Positions 1 to 7,147 of a stretch of 24,000 bases of DNA are shown here, one piece after another. Numbering within the stretch: position 1 is the first letter of the stretch; the number at the start of each line of letters is the position of its first letter. Origin of the DNA: Acaryochloris sp. CRU_2_0 (lineage in GTDB: Bacteria; Cyanobacteriota; Cyanobacteriia; Thermosynechococcales; Thermosynechococcaceae); NCBI GenBank assembly GCA_012034865.1, contig JAAUOM010000019.1, positions 25,917 to 49,916 on the forward strand, in the 5' to 3' direction. The notes below the pieces were generated by a model. It searched no databases. It had not been told where the DNA came from and saw only the letters and a program-made list of their open reading frames with translations. A program made the translations under genes and the position numbers.

Positions 1-2122
1 CTGCCCACAATGCGGTCAATTCGCCGAAACTATGACCCGCGACAAAATCAGGTTGAAATCCAGCCTGCTCCATGATTTTGAACAGACCAACGCTAAAGGC
101 TCCAATGGCGGATTGGGCATATTCCGTATTTCGTAATGCCTCAACCTGGGTCTGTCGATGTTCGTCTGTAAAGACAGGTGGCGGAAAAACGATAGTTGAT
201 GGGGGTTGGAGTCCCTCCTGGGAAAACAGGCTATCAATCTGACTGTAGGCATCTTGGATTTCAGGAAAGTTAATCGCCAGCTCTCGCCCCATATCTGGAT
301 ATTGCGATCCCTGACCTGAAAATAAGGCCACAACTTTCCCCTGCAAATCCAGACCTGCGGCTCGATAATAAATTCCTTGAGGATGATCCCATGCCGATAG
401 GTTCGGCTGCTTCCTCATCCAGGCCACGGCTGTTTTCAGCTTTTGGCAAGCCTCAGCCAGAGAATCGGCTAGAAATCCGACTCTGGCAGCACTGAGAGGC
501 ATGTCTAAGGATCGAGAAGCATCCACCCATTCAATGTATCGTTGCTCACCCGTTTCCGACTGTAACTGTAATAGCGTCGTCTCGCACTCCAGGAACAGCC
601 GATCCGGGGTTGAGGCAAACAAGACCATTGACTCAGGTGTTTTGTGCAAACGCTGAGGTCGAGGCGATCCCAGAGAATTAGTCTCTGGATTACCCCCATA
701 TTCTTCTAGGACAACATGAAAATTCGTCCCTCCAAAGCCAAAGGCACTCACCCCTGCCCGTCGAGGATCTGACCCATGAGGTTGTATCCAGGGGCGGGGC
801 TTGGTATTTAAGTAAAACGGCGAATTTTCCAGATCGAGCTTGGGGTTTGGCTGGGTAATGTTGATCGTCGGTGGCAAAATCTTTTGGTGTAAAGCCAAGG
901 CCGCTTTAATCAGACTGGCTGCGCCAGCGGCGGCTTTGGTATGGCCAATTTGGGATTTCACACTGCCAAGGGCGATGGATTGTCGGCCAACCTGACCAGA
1001 ACTAAAAACCTGTTTGAGTGCCTCAAATTCAGCAGGATCGCCAGCGAAAGTACCTGTGCCGTGGGCTTCAATTAAACCGATACTGGCAGGCTCAACTCCG
1101 GCATCTTGATAGGCTCGCTGCAGGGCATTCACCTGCCCTTCTTGGCGAGGGGCATAGATACTTTTAAACCGACCATCACTGGAACTGCCAATTCCTTTAA
1201 TGACGGCATAGATGCGATCGCCGTCCCTTTCAGCATCGGCTAAGCGCTTGAGAACGACCATGCCAATACCCTCGCCCAGCAAAATACCGTCTGCATCTTC
1301 ATCAAAGGGTTTTGACTGCTGTTTACGCGAGAGTGCCGGGGTTTTACTAAAGCACAGGTATGTAAAAATGCTGTTATCTGTATCTACCCCACCCGTGATC
1401 ATCAAATTGCAGCGATCTTCAATTAGTTCACTCACCGCCATTTTGAAAGCAGCTAGAGAACTGGCACAAGCAGCATCAACCGTACAGTTGGTACCACCCA
1501 GATCTAGACGATTAGCGATGCGTCCAGCCACCACATTTCCCAGCAATCCTGGAAAGGCATTTTCCTGCCAGCCCACATAGGCTAGCTTCAGGTTCTCAAT
1601 AATTTTGTCCGTTTCGGCAGCGGATATCCCACTATTTTTAAGGACTCTTTCCCAAATTGGATACTGCAATCGGCAGGTCAGCGGTGTGGCTAGGGGTCTA
1701 CCTACAGCAACCCCCAGCGTGATCCCAGTGCGATCGCGATTAAACGGACTCGATTCCCCATAGCCTGCATCTGCCATGGCTTGCTTAGCAACCACTAAAG
1801 ACAGAAGCTGAGAGACATCGGTGACTTCTAAAAAATTAGGTGGTAGCCCAAACTCCATCGGATTAAAGTCAATTTCTGGAATAAAGCCACCACGGGTGCA
1901 ATAGGTTTTATCGATAGCCATGGGGTCGGGATCATAGTATGCGTCTACATCCCAGTGAGAAGCAGGCACAGAAGTGATGCAATCGACTTCGCGGTAAATA
2001 TTCTCCCAGTACTGCTGCACGTTTTCAGCCTGGGGAAAGATCGACGCCATGCCAACAATCGCGATCGGCGTTTGCTGAAGCTGACTATTAATCGGTTGCG
2101 CTGAAGTGGGTTTTGTGGACAT
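1..2122 (-). CDS. Type I polyketide synthase, N-terminal KS-AT portion (HglE/PfaA-like); 3' part runs off the window
   Basis: Absent from the ORF track because it has no stop inside the window. Manual minus-strand translation from the ATG at 2122 stays open to position 1. Motifs read: IAIVGMASIFPQA, TVDAACASSLAA (KS active-site Cys), EAHGTGT, KSQIGHTKAAAG, GFGGTNFHVVLEE, then GQGSQYPDMG and GHSFGELTALWA (AT active-site Ser). An in-frame ATG at 2221 is an alternative start. Confidence 0.9.
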   Translation of the reverse strand, partial: MSTKPTSAQPINSQLQQTPIAIVGMASIFPQAENVQQYWENIYREVDCITSVPASHWDVDAYYDPDPMAIDKTYCTRGGFIPEIDFNPMEFGLPPNFLEVTDVSQLLSLVVAKQAMADAGYGESSPFNRDRTGITLGVAVGRPLATPLTCRLQYPIWERVLKNSGISAAETDKIIENLKLAYVGWQENAFPGLLGNVVAGRIANRLDLGGTNCTVDAACASSLAAFKMAVSELIEDRCNLMITGGVDTDNSIFTYLCFSKTPALSRKQQSKPFDEDADGILLGEGIGMVVLKRLADAERDGDRIYAVIKGIGSSSDGRFKSIYAPRQEGQVNALQRAYQDAGVEPASIGLIEAHGTGTFAGDPAEFEALKQVFSSGQVGRQSIALGSVKSQIGHTKAAAGAASLIKAALALHQKILPPTINITQPNPKLDLENSPFYLNTKPRPWIQPHGSDPRRAGVSAFGFGGTNFHVVLEEYGGNPETNSLGSPRPQRLHKTPESMVLFASTPDRLFLECETTLLQLQSETGEQRYIEWVDASRSLDMPLSAARVGFLADSLAEACQKLKTAVAWMRKQPNLSAWDHPQGIYYRAAGLDLQGKVVALFSGQGSQYPDMGRELAINFPEIQDAYSQIDSLFSQEGLQPPSTIVFPPPVFTDEHRQTQVEALRNTEYAQSAIGAFSVGLFKIMEQAGFQPDFVAGHSFGELTALWA

Positions 2123-3337
2123 TTTTTTCTTTGCCTGTATCAGCTTAGTGACGGTCTTCTCAAAGTTTTCAACTTGATATTGAAATTGCTCTAAGTCAGT
2201 GATAATTTTCAGGGAAAACATGGCTCACTCTCACTCATATTTATTAGTGAGCTAGATTAGTCCAGTAAATCAATTGGCTACACATTGCTATAGGATTAGC
2301 AAAATGTTTTTTGATAAAATATTCAGCTATGAAATATACATTTCGATAACTAAGTTTAATAACGCTTGTTTTTAGCAGCTCTGTGCTTTTCAGAGAAACA
2401 AATTAGAAAACAAAAATCTACTGCATCGCAGATGCAAAAGTGTATTTTCTCAAAAATCATCGTCCCTATATTCACTATCTGAAGATCAATATCTTTAAAA
2501 CGACCTACAGACAGATAAACAACACGAAATTATATTGTCTACCAAGAAAAACCAAGACACCACAACTTGTAACTTGCTTCCACAACTCAGAAACGAGACT
2601 ATACTTGTTTGATTCGTTATTTGCAGAAATTCCAGGTCTTAGAGAGTCTGTTAGCTCTGATTTTTAGTGTATTTGAAAATACTAGGGTGATCTAAGATAA
2701 GGTCAGGTTAGACCTTGCAGCTTTTTAAGAAAAACCTTCAACACTCAATCTTTTGTTGATAGTGTTGTTCTAGATTTCTCTATTTAGATTCTATGCAGAT
2801 TGAACACAAGCCAGGGAATTTAGATAGAGTATCAGCCTTATTAACCCTATCAATCTAAAGCAATTTACTTTAGAGATAGTAAAGACTACCAATCTTTATC
2901 AGTAAGAGACGATTACTCTTTGTTCAGGGGAAAACACACCAACCTTGGATCTTAGATAAGCTACTTAAAACGGCCTAAACCCATTTTATAAACCACAATT
3001 TGGATATTCCCTATCAGAAATTGCAGAAACCACTGCACTACATCTAATTATAGAAATCATAATTTATAATCGCGTTGCAAGATGTAACCTAGATGACAAA
3101 ATATGACATTCGCCAATACTTTTTCCACTTTAAAATGACAAGGCAGATTTATAAGCGGTTGACAGAGCGACATGGAGACGATCATTGGATGAATTGTGAT
3201 TTTGGGTTGCAGTAGTAATACCATAAGAACTCCCATGGCAACGACTCTAACATTCACATACGTTGAGTCCATGCGTTTGGATCTGTGCAGCGAGAATCTG
3301 GTCGTGCATCAAACCATTGTGGACGGTTGTGCGTCAG

Positions 3338-3588
3338 AGTAATGTTGACTTGTTATAGATTATTAAGAAGCAAATAATTACCTTGCTAAAACTATGGAAT
3401 GTAAGCTCTGCGGCCATAACAAGACATATAAGCATGGGACAATGCCCAATGGACATCAACGCTACCGTTGCCTAGAGTGCAAGCAAACTGTTTCCGAGAG
3501 CTTTGACTCACTTCGTCTGGGATGTTCTCCACCCCCTCTGCTTCATCTAGTTATCGTTTGTCGTGAACCTTGCCACCCCTGGCTTTAG
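3338..3588 (+). mobile_element. IS1-family element, 5' remnant: IRL-like end plus truncated InsA-type zinc-ribbon ORF
   Basis: ORF 3394-3588 starts MECKLCGHNKTYKHGTMPNGHQRYRCLECKQT, a CxxC...CxxC InsA-like zinc ribbon, and loses similarity after ~40 aa. The sequence GTAATGTTGACTTGTTATAGATT at ~3339 resembles the IS1 IRL (GGTGATGCTGCCAACTTACTGATT). It lies ~56 nt before the ATG, the same spacing as in IS1. No transposase catalytic part follows. Confidence 0.5.
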
Positions 3589-3651
3589 TCAACAAGATGA
3601 CTCGCTTTTTCGCGTACTGCCAGTGATATGTTTACCTTAAGCAGCAGAAGG

Positions 3652-3680
3652 CCCGCACTCTGGTGAAGCCGAGTGTCGGG
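3652..3680 (+). repeat. Left-end subterminal hairpin of the tnpB element
   Basis: CCCGCACTC / loop / GAGTGTCGGG, with a bulged C before the terminal GGG. It is followed by ATGAATG. A second perfect 7-bp hairpin, GTCCGGC-N11-GCCGGAC, lies at 3691-3715. Confidence 0.55.
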
Positions 3681-3781
3681 ATGAATGCGAGTCCGGCGTA
3701 GGCACGAAGCCGGACAATAATCTGTCAGACATACATTTGTTCTCTTAATTTATGGCAAAATAGTTCCATAAGATTCAAATC

Positions 3782-4981
3782 TTGTTGCTCATGTTTGTTC
3801 TGGAAACTAAGCTCAGAGGTAATCCTACCCAGTTTGCCACCCTTGATGATGCGATTAGAACCGCTCAGTTCATTCGCAACAAGTGTGTGCGCTATTGGAT
3901 GGATAACCAAGGAGTCGGTCAATATGACCTCTCCAAACTCTGTACCGGATTGGCGAAGGAATTTCCATGGGCAGGCAAACTCAATTCGATGGCAAGACAG
4001 GCAAGTGCTGAACGGGCTTGGGCTTCCATTAAGCGTTTCTACGACAATTGCAAAGCCAAGAAACCAGGAAAGAAAGGCTTTCCCAAGTTCAAAAAGAACT
4101 GCTGCTCGGTGGAATACAAAACCTCCGGCTGGAAGCTCTCTGAAGACCGAAAGCATCTGACTTTCACTGACGGCTTTAAGGCTGGAACCTTTTTGCTAAT
4201 GGGTGCCGAAGACTTGCATTTCTACCCGATTTCGCAGATTAAGCGGATTCGGGTTGTACGCAAGGCAGACGGCTACTACGCTCAGTTTTGCATTGAGATT
4301 GACCGAGAAGAAACGATTCGGCCCACAGGTAAAGCCGTTGGCATTGACCTGGGATTGAAGTATTTCTACAAGGCGACTGACGGCACTGAGGTAGAAAACC
4401 CCAAGTTTCTGAGAAAGTCTGAGCGTAAGCTGAAACGCTTGCAGCGTCGAGTTTCCAAGAAGCAAAAAGGTTCCAAGAATCGCACAAAAGCGATGAATCA
4501 TCTGGGACGGCAACATCTGAAAGTGTCGAGGCAGCGTAAAGACTGGGTGGTCAAACAAGCCCGTGCGTTGGTGATGTCTAGCGACTTCATTGCCTACGAA
4601 AACTTGCAGGTGCGGAATATGGTTCGCAATCATCACCTGGCTAAATCGATTAGCGATGCAGCTTGGCGTTTGTTTGTCGATTGGCTGAAATACTATGCCC
4701 AAATCTTTGGCAAAGTGCAGCAACCTGTCCCCCCTCAGAACACCACGATTGATTGCTTTGATTGCAAACAGCCAGTCCAGAAAACCTTGAGTACCCGCAC
4801 TCATGTGTGTCCCCACTGCGGCTCTGTGCGATGCAGAGACGAAAACGCAGCGTTGAACATTCTGGAAAAGGGCTTGAAATTGGCTGGATTGAGTACTGTA
4901 GGGCATACAGGAATTAACGCCTCTGGACAGAACGACCGCTATCTAAATCAAGTCATTGGTTTGGACAAGTCGGCTGGATGA
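3782..4981 (+). CDS. tnpB: TnpB (IS605 OrfB family) RNA-guided endonuclease
   Basis: 399-aa ORF. The N-terminus FATLDDAIRTAQFIRNKCVRYWMDN is typical of cyanobacterial OrfB. RuvC motifs are GIDLG (D), AYENL (E) and RDENAALNI (D). A zinc ribbon CFDC...CPHC is present. The start could be the Met at 3782 or the one at 3791. Confidence 0.92.
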   Translation: MLLMFVLETKLRGNPTQFATLDDAIRTAQFIRNKCVRYWMDNQGVGQYDLSKLCTGLAKEFPWAGKLNSMARQASAERAWASIKRFYDNCKAKKPGKKGFPKFKKNCCSVEYKTSGWKLSEDRKHLTFTDGFKAGTFLLMGAEDLHFYPISQIKRIRVVRKADGYYAQFCIEIDREETIRPTGKAVGIDLGLKYFYKATDGTEVENPKFLRKSERKLKRLQRRVSKKQKGSKNRTKAMNHLGRQHLKVSRQRKDWVVKQARALVMSSDFIAYENLQVRNMVRNHHLAKSISDAAWRLFVDWLKYYAQIFGKVQQPVPPQNTTIDCFDCKQPVQKTLSTRTHVCPHCGSVRCRDENAALNILEKGLKLAGLSTVGHTGINASGQNDRYLNQVIGLDKSAG

Positions 4982-5035
4982 AGGAGGAACCCCACGCTGT
5001 ATGCCTTGCATCAGCGTCGGGAGGATGTCAGGAGT
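4850..5035 (+). ncRNA. Predicted omega (right-end) RNA scaffold of TnpB; guide expected just downstream
   Basis: By analogy with characterised TnpB systems, the guide RNA overlaps the 3' end of tnpB and the RE. This region contains the RE hairpin and a small stem, CTGTA-GGGCA-TACAG, at ~4896-4912. No expression or covariation evidence is available. Confidence 0.35.
4991..5021 (+). repeat. Right-end subterminal hairpin of the tnpB element
   Basis: CCCACGCTG / loop / CAGCGTCGGG. It has the same bulged-C architecture and GTCGGG foot as the left-end hairpin, and is followed by AGGATG. Confidence 0.55.
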
Positions 5036-5295
5036 ATGTCGTTTCTTCTTGCCGGAGTAACAGTCCTTTTGCTTGTGTGCATCTTTGGGGCGTTGCACCA
5101 GTGGCCATTATTTGAGTGGGTTCTCATCTTATCGTGGCCATTTAACCGGATTTGATATCAATGATTTTGGTCTAGATCTACATCCAAGAGGAATAGCTGC
5201 AATAATAGGTGAGTTTGCAAAAGTGCAAAGATAGGTTTTCCCCAAGTCTAGGGAAAATTTTGATGTTTGATGAGGGAACTGGATCGGTATTAAGT

Positions 5296-7083
5296 ATGCG
5301 AACCCACTACTGTAGTGAATTACGCAATGATCATGTGGGTGAACAGGTAACCCTATGTGGATGGATAGACCGCCGTCGCGATCATGGGGGGGTAATTTTT
5401 TTAGATGTGCGCGATCGCAGTGGCATCGTCCAAATTGTCAGCGATCCAGAGCGAACCCCGGCTGCCTATCCCCAGGCTGAGGCTCTGCGCAGTGAGTATG
5501 TGGTGTGCGTCCAGGGAACCGTCAGTCGGCGTCCTGATGATTCTCTCAATCCGCGTCTGCCCACGGGAGAAATCGAAATTTATGCCGATCAAATTCAGCT
5601 ATTGAACGCGGTCCATCAGCAGTTGCCGTTTCAGGTGTCTACTGCCGATGTTGAACCCGTCAAGGAAGAGTTGCGGCTGAAGTATCGCTATTTGGATTTG
5701 CGGCGCGATCGCATGCAACAAAATCTGCTCCTCCGCCATCGCCTGGTGCAAACCATCCGTCGCTATTTAGAAGATCAACAGGGGTTTGTGGAGATTGAAA
5801 CCCCGATCCTGACGCGCTCCACCCCAGAAGGGGCCAGGGATTATCTGGTTCCCAGTCGGGCCAATCCTGGCGAGTGGTTTGCCCTACCGCAATCTCCGCA
5901 AATTTTTAAGCAATTACTGATGGTGTCGGGGTTCGATCGCTATTACCAAATTGCCCGCTGTTTTCGGGATGAAGATTTACGTGCTGATCGCCAACCTGAA
6001 TTTACGCAGTTGGATATGGAAATGAGTTTCATGTCTCAAGCTGAAATTATGCAGCTCAACGAAGATTTGATCTGCCATATCCTTAAAACCCTCAAAGGGA
6101 TCGAGCTGCCTGCACCGTTCCCGCAGATGACCTATACCGAAGCGATGGAGCGCTACGGCACGGATCGCCCCGATACTCGGTTTGGCCTAGAACTGGTCAA
6201 TGTTTCGGACTTAGTGCAAGAGTCAGGGTTTAAGGTGTTTGCAAGTGCGATCGCCCAAGGGGGACAAGTCAAGGTCTTACCCATCCCCAACGGCAACGCC
6301 AATATCTCCAATGTCCGCATCAAGCCGGGAGGCGATTTATTTTCCGAAGCCAGTGCGGGTGGAGCCAAGGGGTTGGCCTATATTCGCGTTAAGGAGGATG
6401 GTGCGATTGACACCATTGGTGCCATTAAAGACAACCTATCTCCAGAACAAACCGCCGAGCTTTTACAGCGTACTGGAGCCCTGCCCGGATATTTGCTCTT
6501 ATTTGGGGCAGGGCCAACGGAAATTGTCAATGCCTCCTTGTCTCGGTTGCGCTTGGCCTTAGCCGCCGAAATGAATTTGATTAATCCCGATCAAATTGAT
6601 TTGCTCTGGATTACAGAATTCCCCCTCTTTGAATGGAATGCTGATGAAAAGCGTCTAGAAGCGCTCCACCACCCCTTCACAGCCCCCTATCCTGAAGATG
6701 CAGATCATCTGAAAACTGCCCGCGCCCAAGCCTATGACTTGGTTTACAACGGTCTAGAAATTGGCGGGGGGAGCCTCAGGATTTATGACGCTGATCTGCA
6801 AGCGCAGGTATTTGCGGCCATTGGTCTGTCGGAGACCGAAACCCAAGCCAAATTCGGTTTCTTGCTCAATGCCTTTAACTATGGTGCTCCTCCCCACGGC
6901 GGCATCGCCTACGGCATTGATCGTCTGACTATGCTGTTAAGGGGCGAAGACTCCATTCGGGATACCATTGCCTTCCCGAAAACCCAGCAAGCCCGCTGTC
7001 TGCTCACCCAAGCCCCCTCTAGTGTGGAGCCAAAACAACTGCAAGAACTCCAGATTAAATCGACAGCGGAGCCAAAACCCTAG
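5296..7083 (+). CDS. aspS: Aspartate--tRNA ligase (possibly non-discriminating)
   Basis: Canonical start [43 protein letters not shown]. Class II motifs [25 protein letters not shown] and GIDRL are present. The track's GTG start at 5209 adds a non-conserved extension. Confidence 0.95.
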   Translation: MRTHYCSELRNDHVGEQVTLCGWIDRRRDHGGVIFLDVRDRSGIVQIVSDPERTPAAYPQAEALRSEYVVCVQGTVSRRPDDSLNPRLPTGEIEIYADQIQLLNAVHQQLPFQVSTADVEPVKEELRLKYRYLDLRRDRMQQNLLLRHRLVQTIRRYLEDQQGFVEIETPILTRSTPEGARDYLVPSRANPGEWFALPQSPQIFKQLLMVSGFDRYYQIARCFRDEDLRADRQPEFTQLDMEMSFMSQAEIMQLNEDLICHILKTLKGIELPAPFPQMTYTEAMERYGTDRPDTRFGLELVNVSDLVQESGFKVFASAIAQGGQVKVLPIPNGNANISNVRIKPGGDLFSEASAGGAKGLAYIRVKEDGAIDTIGAIKDNLSPEQTAELLQRTGALPGYLLLFGAGPTEIVNASLSRLRLALAAEMNLINPDQIDLLWITEFPLFEWNADEKRLEALHHPFTAPYPEDADHLKTARAQAYDLVYNGLEIGGGSLRIYDADLQAQVFAAIGLSETETQAKFGFLLNAFNYGAPPHGGIAYGIDRLTMLLRGEDSIRDTIAFPKTQQARCLLTQAPSSVEPKQLQELQIKSTAEPKP

Positions 7084-7147
7084 TCGCTTATCCAGCACCC
7101 TACCAATACTATGATCGGAAAAGAACCTACCAGGATCGTTGGCTGTG

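Larger units (their letters stand above)
3632..5035 (+). mobile_element. IS200/IS605-family (IS1341-like) element carrying tnpB only; ends approximate
   Basis: A TnpB ORF is flanked by two isostructural imperfect hairpins, at 3652-3680 and 4991-5021. No tnpA lies on either side. Boundaries are inferred from hairpin positions only. Confidence 0.6.

Noticed and set aside
16-1580. ORFs 16-333(-), 505-699(-) and 1212-1580(+) in the first 2 kb
   Set aside because: They are out of frame or antisense to the continuous KS-AT reading frame, which carries all the PKS catalytic motifs.
2440-3272. ORFs 2440-2667(+) and 3057-3272(-) in the AT-rich spacer
   Set aside because: Neither has a ribosome-binding site or a recognisable domain, and their composition-driven peptides are low-complexity. 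They are treated as chance ORFs in AT-rich DNA.
3725-4906. ORFs 3725-4156(-), 4196-4906(-), 4239-4487(-) and 3795-4160(+) overlapping tnpB
   Set aside because: They are shadow ORFs inside or antisense to a well-supported TnpB frame. Their sequences show no recognisable motifs.
5209-5295. N-terminal extension of aspS from the GTG at 5209
   Set aside because: The conserved AspRS N-terminus begins at MRTHYC (ATG 5296). The extension has no homology-like features.
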